Source: Bryobacterales bacterium
GTDB lineage: Bacteria; Acidobacteriota; Terriglobia; Bryobacterales; UBA6623
Assembly (NCBI GenBank): GCA_965248235.1
Contig: CBDFIU010000004.1
Span: 1,275,330-1,339,329, forward strand
Direction of reading: 5' to 3'
Length of the DNA stretch: 64,000 nucleotides
Under the pieces are notes generated by a model. It had not been told where the DNA came from. It searched no databases and saw nothing but the letters and a program-made list of their open reading frames with translations. The position numbers and the translations under genes are program-made. This document shows positions 9,077-19,768 of the stretch, in pieces. The first letter of the stretch is position 1. Each line of letters starts with the position of its first letter.

Positions 9077-9499
9077 TTGGTTTTGGACTCCATTCGAGAG
9101 ATTCTTCCGGACGCATTTCGCCGTGAGCGCGGTTTCGCGGAGGAAGAAACCGAGCAACTCGCCTGCTCCTGCTGGGCGGGGGCGGTGGGTCCGCGGATCG
9201 CCGCGAATGCGCGGCCGATACGGCTGTTGGGTAAGCGGCTCATTGTCGATGTGGAGGGGCAGGAGTGGCGGCGCGAATTGGCGTCAATGAGCCGCAAGAT
9301 CGCCGCCAAGGTGAATCGCGCCATGGGATCGGATCTGATCGAGGATGTCGATTTTCGTGTCGCGGTTCCGAACCGACGCGGACCGGGTCGCGCCGAGTCA
9401 GCCGCCGGTCAAGTTCTCAACGACGAAGCCGCCGGCATCGACGACCCGCACCTGCGCCGCCTCTACCGGCGCTCGAAAAAGAAAGCGTTAGCCAAGTGA
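9077..9499 (+). CDS. DUF721/DciA family protein
   Basis: W..AVGPRIAANARP...L.V.V...W..EL......I..KVN pattern; basic tail. Confidence 0.75.
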   Translation: MVLDSIREILPDAFRRERGFAEEETEQLACSCWAGAVGPRIAANARPIRLLGKRLIVDVEGQEWRRELASMSRKIAAKVNRAMGSDLIEDVDFRVAVPNRRGPGRAESAAGQVLNDEAAGIDDPHLRRLYRRSKKKALAK

Positions 9500-9795
9500 A
9501 AATCACCGAAAAGGAAGTGCGGTATATCGCCGACCTCGGGAATTTGACGCTGACCGAGGACGAAGTACACAAGTATGCCGCCGACTTGGAAGAGATCCTG
9601 ACCTACGTGGAGAAGCTCGACGAACTGGATACCTCTGAAGTCGAGCCGATGGCGCAGGTAATCTACGCGGGGAGCGAAACGTCGATGTTGCGGGCGGACG
9701 AACACCGCGAGAGTTTCGACCGCGATGTCGTGCTGCGTTCGGCGCCGCAATCGGGCGCGGGGCAGTTTAAGGTTCCGCGCGTCATTGAACGGTAG
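9496..9795 (+). CDS. gatC: Asp/Glu-tRNA amidotransferase subunit C
   Basis: ITEKEVRYIADL, ILTYVEKLDELDTSEVEPM, FKVPRVIE; directly upstream of gatA. Confidence 0.92.
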   Translation: MKITEKEVRYIADLGNLTLTEDEVHKYAADLEEILTYVEKLDELDTSEVEPMAQVIYAGSETSMLRADEHRESFDRDVVLRSAPQSGAGQFKVPRVIER

Positions 9796-9913
9796 GCGAG
9801 CGGCAGGACGGCGGCGGAACAAACATTTCGTCCGCCTCGAGCCTTGCGCCGGAGGCTGCGTACCCTACCCGAATCGATAGCCATGCGCCCGTCGGACGAG
9901 GTGCCGGCCGACG

Positions 9914-11362
9914 ATGGAAAACTACAAACAACTCACAATCGACGCGGTGCAATCGGGATTGACCGCCGGCACCTTCAGCGCGGCGGAACTGGCGCGGGAA
10001 GCTCTGCGGGTCTCCGAGGCCGAGAACGAGCAGTTCGGAGCCTTTCTGCATTTTTCACCGGAACAAGCAATCGCCACCGCCAAGCGAGTGGACGCCGATC
10101 TGGCGGCGGGAAAGCCGCTGGGGAAATTGTCCGGCGTGCCGATTGCCGTCAAAGACGTGATTCTCACCGAAGGTCTGAAGACGACTTGCGCGTCGCGATT
10201 GCTCGAAAATTACGTCGCTCAGTACGATGCCACGGCAATCACTCGCATCAAGGAAGCGGGCGCGGTCATTATCGGCAAGACAAACTGCGACGAATTCGCG
10301 ATGGGGTCGTCGAACGAGAACTCGGCGTTCTTTCCGGTGAGGAATCCGGCGGCTCCCGACCACGTGCCGGGAGGCTCGAGCGGCGGGTCGGCCGCGGCGG
10401 TCGCCGGCGGTTTCGTGCCGATCTCACTCGGCTCAGACACCGGAGGCTCTATCCGGCAACCGGCGTCATTTTGCGGAGTGGTCGGCGTGCTCCCCACCTA
10501 CGGCCGTGTCTCTCGTTACGGCTTAACGGCCTTCGCCAGCTCGCTCGATCACATTGGACCGTTTTCGCGGACGGTGAAGGATTCGGCGACGGTTCTGGAA
10601 GTGATCTCCGGCCGCGACCCGATGGACGCCACCTCGGCGGCGGCGCCGGTCGATGATTACGCCGCCGCGTTGAGCGGCGATATCAAGGGGCTGAAGATCG
10701 GCGTACCGAAAGAATACTTCGGCGACGGCCTGGACGCGGAAGTGGGCGGACGTATTCAGCACGGACTCGACGTTCTCAAGAAACTGGGCTGCGAGGTGGT
10801 CGACATCAGCCTGCCCAACACCGAATACGCCGTCGCCTCGTACTATTTGATTTGTACCGCCGAGGCGAGCGCGAACCTGGCCCGCTATGACGGAGTGCGC
10901 TACACCACGCGCGCGAAGGACGTGGAGAGCCTGGATCAGATGTACCGCAACACGCGGGGCGAGGGATTCGGGGCCGAGGTGAAGCGCCGCATCATTTTGG
11001 GCACGTATGTTCTCAGCGCCGGCTACTACGACGCCTACTATTTGAAGGCGCAGAAAGTGCGCGCTCTGATTGCCGCCGGCTTCACCAAGGCTTTTGCACA
11101 AGTGGACGCGATCGTGACGCCGGTGTCGCCCTTCCCGGCTTTCAAGTTGGGAGAAAAGACGGCTGATCCGCTGGAAATGTACCTCTCCGACATTTATACG
11201 ATCACGGCTAGTTTGGCGGGTATCGCGGGGGTCAGCGTTCCTTGCGGCACGTCGTCGGCGGGGCTGCCGGTGGGCATGCAGATTCTGACGAGCCACTTCG
11301 AGGAAGCGAAGATGCTGCGGGTCGCCGACGCTTTTGAGAAGGCGGGGGGCTTCGCGGGGTAG
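9914..11362 (+). CDS. gatA: Asp/Glu-tRNA amidotransferase subunit A
   Basis: Amidase signature GGSSGGSAAAV, GSDTGGSIRQPA; NLARYDGVRY; EVKRRIILGTYVLSAGYYDAYY. Confidence 0.97.
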   Translation: MENYKQLTIDAVQSGLTAGTFSAAELAREALRVSEAENEQFGAFLHFSPEQAIATAKRVDADLAAGKPLGKLSGVPIAVKDVILTEGLKTTCASRLLENYVAQYDATAITRIKEAGAVIIGKTNCDEFAMGSSNENSAFFPVRNPAAPDHVPGGSSGGSAAAVAGGFVPISLGSDTGGSIRQPASFCGVVGVLPTYGRVSRYGLTAFASSLDHIGPFSRTVKDSATVLEVISGRDPMDATSAAAPVDDYAAALSGDIKGLKIGVPKEYFGDGLDAEVGGRIQHGLDVLKKLGCEVVDISLPNTEYAVASYYLICTAEASANLARYDGVRYTTRAKDVESLDQMYRNTRGEGFGAEVKRRIILGTYVLSAGYYDAYYLKAQKVRALIAAGFTKAFAQVDAIVTPVSPFPAFKLGEKTADPLEMYLSDIYTITASLAGIAGVSVPCGTSSAGLPVGMQILTSHFEEAKMLRVADAFEKAGGFAG

Positions 11363-11398
11363 AAGCGGGCGTGCGCTCGGTCCTTTGTTTGTAATTTG

Positions 11399-11875
11399 AT
11401 GCTCGAATCGGCTGACAAGAAACCCGGCGGACTGCCGGTCGGCGTGGTGGTGTTCGCGTTGGCGGCGATTGTGGGTGGAGTCGGTGCGTATTTCTTGCAC
11501 CAAGACTGGATGGACCGCGCGCCCTTGGTGCCGCAGCTCTCCGAAGAAGCCAAAGCCTACTTGCCCCAACTGGCGCTAAGCGATGTCGAGATGGGCGCCG
11601 AGGAAAGCTTTCTCGAGCAAACCATCGTTGCCATCGAAGGCAAACTCACCAACCAGGGAACTCGCGCGCTGCGCGCCGTCGATATCCACTGCGTCTTTCG
11701 CGAACCCCACGGACAAGAGGTTGGGCGGGAGTTAGTGAGAATCGTGGGTCGGCGGGGGAACGAACTGCCGCCCGGGGAGACACGATCTTTCCGTCTGGCT
11801 TTTGACGACGTTTCCCTGGAATGGAACCAGGCGTTACCGGATCTGTATATCGCTCAGGTTGATTTCGCGGAGTAG
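11399..11875 (+). CDS. Membrane-anchored FxLYD/DUF3426-like Ig-fold protein
   Basis: One N-terminal TM, then IEGKLTNQG and LPPGETRSFRLAFD. Confidence 0.6.
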   Translation: MLESADKKPGGLPVGVVVFALAAIVGGVGAYFLHQDWMDRAPLVPQLSEEAKAYLPQLALSDVEMGAEESFLEQTIVAIEGKLTNQGTRALRAVDIHCVFREPHGQEVGRELVRIVGRRGNELPPGETRSFRLAFDDVSLEWNQALPDLYIAQVDFAE

Positions 11876-11899
11876 GCCGGCCAATTCGGACGATTAGTT

Positions 11900-12820
11900 T
11901 CACTCGGCGATTTCGCCGACAATCGTTTCGACAAGGTCGTAGGGGTTTTGGCGGCCCTCGGCTATGTCGCGAGCCATCTGCTCAAGCCGCGAATCGTCAA
12001 CCCGCCCCAAGACTCGCTCGGCTAAGCGTTGCTTCACCATCTCGACCAGACGCTCTTTCCATGCGGCCGCGTGACGGGCGTTTGACCGGGGTAGCGATTG
12101 CAGGGCATCGAGGAGGCGATCGACGCCCTCATCCTCGACTGCAATCGTGCGCACGATCGGGGGCCGCGGCTGATCCTCGGGGAGCAGCGACAACAGGGCT
12201 TCGAGCTGCCCCTCGATCCGGTCGGCGCCGGGCTGGTCCGATTTGTTGACCACGAAAACGTCGGCGATCTCGATGACGCCGGCCTTCATGGTTTGGACGT
12301 CGTCGCCCATGGCCGGAGTGAGAACCAGCGCCGTGATCGAGGCCCATTTGATGATGTCGATCTCCGCCTGCCCGACACCGACGGTTTCGATCAGCACCAG
12401 GTCACGGCCGGATGCCTCAAGCGCGGTGACAACGTCCGCCGCCGCCGGGGCCAGCCCGCCCAGCACCCCGCGTGTCGCCATCGAGCGAACAAACACTCCG
12501 GCATCGGCGTGGTGCGACTGCATGCGGACGCGATCGCCGAGAATCGAGCCTCCCGTATAAGGGCTGGTGGGATCGACGGCGACAATCGCAACCGTGCGGC
12601 CTTGTCGGCGCAGGTGAGCGGCGAGTTGGTTGACGAGAGTGCTCTTGCCGACCCCGGGGGCCCCGGTGACGCCAATCCGCAGAGCCTTACCCGAGTAAGG
12701 AAACAGCGCCTTGAGGAGAGCTTCGGAGCGCGGGCCGCGGTTTTCGATTTCCGTCAGGGCACGAGCGAGCGAGCGCGGTTCCCCACCCCGGATTTGTTCC
12801 ACCCAATGAGCCAGCTCCAC
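11900..12820 (-). CDS. meaB: Methylmalonyl-CoA mutase-associated GTPase MeaB/ArgK
   Basis: GVTGAPGVGKST, AVDPTSPYTGGSILGDRVRM, IETVGVGQAE, VNKSD. Confidence 0.93.
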   Translation of the reverse strand: MELAHWVEQIRGGEPRSLARALTEIENRGPRSEALLKALFPYSGKALRIGVTGAPGVGKSTLVNQLAAHLRRQGRTVAIVAVDPTSPYTGGSILGDRVRMQSHHADAGVFVRSMATRGVLGGLAPAAADVVTALEASGRDLVLIETVGVGQAEIDIIKWASITALVLTPAMGDDVQTMKAGVIEIADVFVVNKSDQPGADRIEGQLEALLSLLPEDQPRPPIVRTIAVEDEGVDRLLDALQSLPRSNARHAAAWKERLVEMVKQRLAERVLGRVDDSRLEQMARDIAEGRQNPYDLVETIVGEIAE

Positions 12821-12832
12821 CGTTCCAGCATC

Positions 12833-13975
<1,143 letters not shown>

Positions 13976-14116
13976 GGCCTGCCCTATTGTCTCTTAATCG
14001 GAGCGCGAGACCGCGAGCAACACGGACGCTCAAGGCGGCCCTCGCGAGACGGCGGAAAGCAGTTCCACGCGATGCGAAGAGCAGGCTGGGCGGCCGGCGA
14101 GGCTGAGCGGGTCACC

Positions 14117-15097
14117 CTATTTCGCGGCCCGCTCGACGCGTGCGGCGAACAACTCTCGCGCCAAATAGTGGCTGAGCTTCGTCTTGCCCGCGGCGTTGAG
14201 ATGATAGGGGTCCTTGAACAAATGGTAGTCGTCGGTTGGGTCCCCGAGGTCGAAGAAAGGGATCTCGTGGTTGCGGCAAGCCGCGGCGAGCCGGGCCCGA
14301 ATCCTCTCATACGGTTGAGAGGGAAGCAACTTGTCATGGAATTCCGCGTAGCGGTCGGTCACGGGCATGAGAACGATCCTGACCGCGAAGCCGCCGCGGC
14401 GGCCGAGGGTCGCCAAGCGCCCGAGCACGTCCAAATCCATTTCGAAGTCCCTGACAATGTCCAGGAACTGCGTATGGTCCACACGGATCGCTCGTCCGTC
14501 GTAGATCGGCACGGCGGCCTTGCGCGCCGGGTTGCTGAACGGCAGTAGAAGTCGAGCCGCTCCGAGTTGGATGCGATCGACTATCGAGCCGCGGGCGGCC
14601 CTGAGCGCCAACCAACGATCAAAATCGAAGGGGGAACCGCGGTCGGCCCACGCCCTATAGCGGATCGAAGCCGATGCGCGCTGACCGTTGCGATTGAAGT
14701 CATCGATGTTGACAAAGAAAGCCGCCTCGCGCGGGATGTAGGGTACTCGATCCTAGAAGCGCATCATGGCGACCGAACCCGCCGCCGACGCGGAGCCGTG
14801 CGCCAATACGACGGCGCTCCGCGCACTTCCTTGGGAGATGATCTCGGCGTCCAAGCCGCGGCCGGCTATCGAGTTTCCAAGCATCCAGACATCGGGGCGC
14901 TCGCGGCGTAGTTTGTCGAGATAATCTCGAGTGAGCCGGTGCAAGGAATAATCCCGCTCAAGCAGCCCCTGAGCGATACCGATCCGCACGCCAATCTCAA
15001 GGCCCGCGAGCAGGAGCAGCGCCGTCAGCGCGGCGCGCGAGAACCTTGGCCGCTCCACGAGCGTCTCAAAACTGAAAATAGATAAAAGGAGTTTCAT
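14117..15097 (-). pseudogene. SGNH/DltD/AlgJ-like partner of the MBOAT, with internal TAG and a frameshift
   Basis: N-terminal TM, LGNS motif, C-terminal DPYHLNAAG (DxxH); in-frame TAG at 14755-14753 and a frame change near 14630. Confidence 0.7.
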
Positions 15098-16516
15098 TGT
15101 CGGGCTGAAGCAGGATCATCAGAAGAACCATCGTCGCGTAGGCCGCGCCGCGAATCGGACCTCGCCAAGCACTTAACGCCTCGCGGCGCCCCTTGCGATG
15201 GCGCGGAAGATCGGCCCCCAGCACGAGCGCTCCGTAAAAGACCACCGCGGCCGTTCGCCGCAGCAGCGACAGTGTTCCGTAGGGGTCCCGCAAGACGGCG
15301 TCGACACCACCGCGAAGGGAGAGAATCCCCGCGAGGTATTGCACAGCCGAAGCGGCTGTCGTCGCGCGAAAGAAGATCCAGGCCACCAGGACCAGGTGGA
15401 AAGTCACCAACCTCTTCCCCAGCAGCCGCGCCGTAAGTTCGCGCGGCGTTTGCTCGTGCGACGGAGCCGTCCCTTGCCGGCCGAGCATGACCTTGTGCAG
15501 GGACAAATAGACGCCGTGCAACGCGCCCCAGATCACGAAAGTCCAATTGGCGCCATGCCACAAACCACCCAGAACCATCGTCAGCAGCAAGTTTCGATAG
15601 GTGTTGAAGACTCCGTTGCGGTTGCCCCCGAGCGGAATGTAGAGATAGTCACGCAGCCAGGTCGACAAGGAGATGTGCCACCGCCGCCAAAACTCAGTGA
15701 TGTTGGCGGCGAGGTAGGGCCGGTTGAAATTCCGCATCAAGTCGATGCCGAACAGCCTGGCCGCGCCCCGGGCAATATCGCTATACCCGGAGAAGTCGCA
15801 ATAGATTTGGAACGAGAACAGCCACGCCCCTTCCAGTAACACTACCCACGATGCGTCAGCCGCGCTGCTGAAAATCAGGTCCACTCGATGCGCCGTCGCG
15901 TCGGCGATGGCGATCTTCTTGAACAGCCCCAGCAAGATGAGGAACAAGCCGCTCGCGGTCTTCGACGCGTCGACCAACCGGGGCCGCTCGAACTGGCCGA
16001 GTAATCTTCCCGGGCGTTCAATCGGACCGGCGACAAGTTGCGGAAAAAAGCTCACATAGAGCGCCACGACGGCGAGATCGCGGCTCGGCTCGATCTTGCC
16101 GCGGTAGACATCGATCGTATAGGCCAGCGTTTGAAAGGTGTAAAACGAGATGCCGACGGGCAGAATGACGTCCAGCAGGGGAGGATCGGCGGACATGCCC
16201 ACCGACGAAAGCAACTCGGCGAACGAGGCCGCGAAAAAATCGAAGTACTTGAAGAAACCCAGCACGCCGAGGTTGCCCGCCAAGCTCAGTGCAGGTAAGA
16301 CCTGGCACGCCGCGGATCACGGCGAAGGCTCAAAGCGCAGTTGTAGTCGAGCAGGATGGAGAAGGCCAACAGGCCGCAGAACCGCCAATCCCACCAGCCG
16401 TAATAGAAGAAACCGGCGGCAACGAGGAATAAATTTTGGAGTCGCTTTTCGAGACTGTAGTAGATGCCGACGACGATAGGCAGGAAGACGGCAAATTCAA
16501 TGCTATTGAATAGCAA
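15066..16516 (-). pseudogene. MBOAT family O-acyltransferase (AlgI/DltB/PatA type), frameshifted near 16290
   Basis: MLFNS..F N-terminus in one frame; NLGVLGFFKY, LPVGISFYTFQ, FFPQLVAGPIER, DFSGYSDIA, FWRRWHISLS, GLWHGA, FIYFQF in the next; one added base restores YLALSLAGN. Confidence 0.88.
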
Positions 16517-16594
16517 GATGTTCTATGGTCAGTGCTGCATTATTAGGTTACGGACAGTTTCTGATCCTAACACACCCGGCGCGATATCGATCGG

Positions 16595-17629
16595 GATGGA
16601 TATTTACTTGACTCAGGTATTGGGAAATAGCCCCTACATGTTGTGGTCGTCCGTAGCGCGTGTCGCGGTGCCTCCGACCAGCGATTTGTAGGGTGCCGGT
16701 GGCACGGCGACGGCCTGTTGAACCAGGCGGTAAAAGAGCTTGCCTCGACTTCTGGACTTGCGGCGGTTGAAGCGGAAGGCGAATTCGTCGAGGTAGGAGT
16801 CGAGATGCTCGTGACTGACCGCTCCTTGATGCGTGCCCAGTATCCAGCGCTTCACTAACGACACCACGCGGTGCACCCGGGGGAGCAGTTTCGAGGCGCG
16901 CGCCGGTTGCCCCTCCAGGTAGCTCACCTCGTGGCGATAGCCGTCGCCTTCGAGCGGTTCGTATCCCAGCCAACCGTCGGTATGGACCACGCTGCCGGGT
17001 TCGATCGACTCGCCGACGAAGGCCATCAAGCTGTCCCCGGAGGCGTTGGGAATGGTCGTATCCGAACCCGCCCGATGCCGGCACCATCTTCCTCGGCCGC
17101 TACTACAATCAGCGCCTTAGCGTCGGTTTGGCGACCGCGCACGCCCTCCTCCAAGCCTCCTAAGTAAGTCTCGTCAACCTCCACGCGCCCGCTGAGCCGA
17201 TCGCGTCCGGGCCGCACCATGGCGCGCCGGAGCTTATGCAACCAAGTCCAGGCCGTTTTGTAGCTGCCCAGGCCCAACACCCGCTGCAAGCCCAGCGCGC
17301 TCGCCCCGTTCTTCTGGCTCGTGAGCCACCACATGGCTCGAAACCAACTCTGGAGGGGTTGGCGGGTGTCTTGAAATATTGTGCCCGCCGTTGGAGAAGC
17401 TTGATGCCCGCAGCCGGCGCACTCCAGCAGCGCTGTCCGCACCGCCCACGCTTTGTCGTGCCCGCATCGCGGACAACGAAAACCCTCCGGCCAGCGGAGT
17501 TGACACAGATACTCTCGACAGGCCTGCTCGGTGGCGAAACGCGCCTCGAACTCGGCCAGATTCCGAGGATAATCTTCCATTTCCCCGATCCTACATCTTG
17601 TGGTCACATGAGTCAAGTCAATACCCATC
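16595..17629 (-). mobile_element. IS1595 family element (ISSod11-like), copy 1
   Basis: About 24-bp terminal IRs (GATGG[A/G]TATT...TTGACTCA); 8-bp duplication TCGATCGG at 16587-16594 and 17630-17637; near-identical to 24435-25470. Confidence 0.93.
16634..17580 (-). pseudogene. IS1595 transposase, frameshifted
   Basis: 1-bp deletion near 17057 (AATGGTCGTA versus AATGGTGCGTA in copy 2) splits the ORF. Confidence 0.9.
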
Positions 17630-17764
17630 TCGATCGGATATGGACGGGCCGGCCCGGTTCGACCGCACGCCCACGCGGCCCGCTGCATGAGTCGCATAGC
17701 CGGCGTTTGGCAACGCACAACACACGATCGTCTGGTCCGACTTTTCTTGAGATACTGAAGGCCT

Positions 17765-19060
17765 ATGCGGGCCCGACCGGCAACAGCCTTGATGACGGCG
17801 GCGGCCATCTACTTGAGTTCGCTCGCCGCGGCGCCCGCGGCCGCCGACAAACAGAGCGAGGCGGCGCCCGACTCCTTCCCCCTGCACGCGGTTCAGGTCA
17901 TCGGAAACGATATCTTCTCCCACGAAGAAATCCTCGTAGCGACCGGTCTGAAAATCGGTGAAGCCGCAACGCCGATTGACTTTCAGAAAGCCCTGAAACG
18001 CCTCAACGACAGCGGCGTTTTCGAGTCGCTCGAATTTCAATACGGCGCCCAAGGCGACGGTTATCAGGTCACCTTCCAAGTGACGGAGTTGCGGGAGTTT
18101 TACCCGATTCGATTCGAGGGCATGGAGGAACCGCCCGAGACCCTTCACCAGTTGCTGCGCGAGAAAGTCCCGCTCTACACCGGCAAGGCGCCCGCCGACG
18201 GCCCGATGATCAAGTTGATCGGCAGTATCCTTGAACACCATCGCGTCCAACAAGGGAAAGAAGCGAAGGTTATCGGTCGATTGACGCCGCGCGGCGAGAG
18301 TGAAGAGGAATTCGACCTTGTTTTTCAACCGCCCTCCGCGATCAAGACGATTGCGTTCGTGACGTTCGAGAACACCGGAGAGCTTTCGCCGCTCGATTTG
18401 CAGCGGCGGTTCAATCAAGCGGCCATGGGCGTTCCCTTCTCGCAACCTCGCCTCAAGGAGCTTCTGCGTCACAATGTCAGGCCGCTCTACGAGGCGAAGG
18501 GATATCTCGGGGTGGTGTTCTGTCCTTGTACCGCCGAACCCGACGCGGAAACCGAGGGCATCTTGGTCCGAGTCCACGTCGAACAAGGCCCCGTGTACAA
18601 ATTCGGGGACATTGGTTTCGCGGAAAACCGGTCCCTCGATACTAATGAGCTGGCGGGGATGATCCTTTTCCACAGGGGCGAAACGGCCGACATGTCGCTT
18701 GTGGAAAAAGCTCTCGCCGATATTGAGCAAAGAATGAAAGCATCGGGATATATGCGTGTCTTCGCGCGTTACGATCGCAAGGTTCGCGACGAAGACCGCG
18801 AGGTCGACGTCGTGATCGAGGTCCGGCCGGGAGCGCTTTACCGCTTCGGTAAGCTGACCATCACGGGGCTCGACATTGAAGGCGATGCGGCGGTCAAGAA
18901 GCGTTGGATCTTCGCCCAGGGCGACCCCTTTAACGGAAGCTACCCCAATGCCTTTTTGAAACGCATCCGGGGCATGTTCGACAACCTCTCCAAGACGGAC
19001 TCCAAGGTACGCATCAACGAGCAAGAGAAGACCGTTGATGTCGAATTGATTTTTCAGTGA
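17765..19060 (+). CDS. Exported multi-POTRA-domain protein without a beta-barrel
   Basis: Signal peptide; repeated POTRA-like units (V.V.GN..F, L...G.F..., Y...GY, V.V.QGPVY.FG.I, EV.PG.LYRFG.L.I.G); ends at VDVELIFQ. Confidence 0.75.
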   Translation: MRARPATALMTAAAIYLSSLAAAPAAADKQSEAAPDSFPLHAVQVIGNDIFSHEEILVATGLKIGEAATPIDFQKALKRLNDSGVFESLEFQYGAQGDGYQVTFQVTELREFYPIRFEGMEEPPETLHQLLREKVPLYTGKAPADGPMIKLIGSILEHHRVQQGKEAKVIGRLTPRGESEEEFDLVFQPPSAIKTIAFVTFENTGELSPLDLQRRFNQAAMGVPFSQPRLKELLRHNVRPLYEAKGYLGVVFCPCTAEPDAETEGILVRVHVEQGPVYKFGDIGFAENRSLDTNELAGMILFHRGETADMSLVEKALADIEQRMKASGYMRVFARYDRKVRDEDREVDVVIEVRPGALYRFGKLTITGLDIEGDAAVKKRWIFAQGDPFNGSYPNAFLKRIRGMFDNLSKTDSKVRINEQEKTVDVELIFQ

Positions 19061-19104
19061 AGTCCGATCGACACCCGACATCCCTCGGCGAGAGGTCGAG
19101 AGCG

Positions 19105-19693
19105 ATGATCGAGCCCGCCATCGACGGTCTGGAGATTTTCGCGGTCAGCGTAAGCCCGCGCGGAAACTGGATCTTCATCCGCCTGCGGGCGGGCGCGGGA
19201 CTGACGGGAATCGGCGAGGCCTCGCACAGTTTGGGTTTCTCCCGCGCTCGAGGCGATTGAAGATACCTTGGCCATTGGCAAGGCCGTCCCGCAGCGGCTG
19301 GCGGGTGGAGAAATCCTTTTTGGCCGAGAGGGCTTCGAGCCCTTGTGTCAAGCCCGCGCGGTGGATGTCATCATGCCCGACGTCAAGCATTGCGGAGGCA
19401 TTCACGAAGCTCGAGAAATCGCCGCGCAAGCCCGGGCCCAAGGTATCGAGGTTTCACCTCACAATCCCAGCGGCCCCGTGCCGATGGCCGCTTCAGCCCA
19501 CTTGGCGGCGACGCTCCCGAACTTTTCCGTGCTGGAACACGCCTGGGGCGAGGTGGACTGGCGCGCCACGCTCATCGATCCGGCTGAGCGCTTCGAGAAC
19601 GGCGAGCTATGCCTTTCCGACAAACCCGGCCTCGGCTTCACGTTGACGGAGAGCACCCTTGAAAAACACCTCAGCGGCCGCCGGTACGAGTAG
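19105..19693 (+). pseudogene. Mandelate racemase/galactonate dehydratase family, large internal deletion
   Basis: N-terminal WIFIRL...GLTGIGEAS joined out of frame near 19250 to C-terminal LAGGE, PDVKHCGG, SPHNPSGP, KPGLG; middle of the barrel is missing. Confidence 0.85.
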
Positions 19694-19768
19694 TACGATC
19701 CGCTCATTTACCGCGGGGACCCACAGTGGATACAATTCGAGGGACTTCGGTGTTTCCGCCGCTTGACT

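Noticed and set aside
9496..11362. gatB missing from gatCA
   Set aside because: gatB is often unlinked, and absence from one window says nothing about the genome
17040..17070. Programmed frameshift in the IS1595 copy 1 transposase
   Set aside because: Copy 2 is a single ORF with one extra G here and there is no slippery site, so this is a mutation or read error
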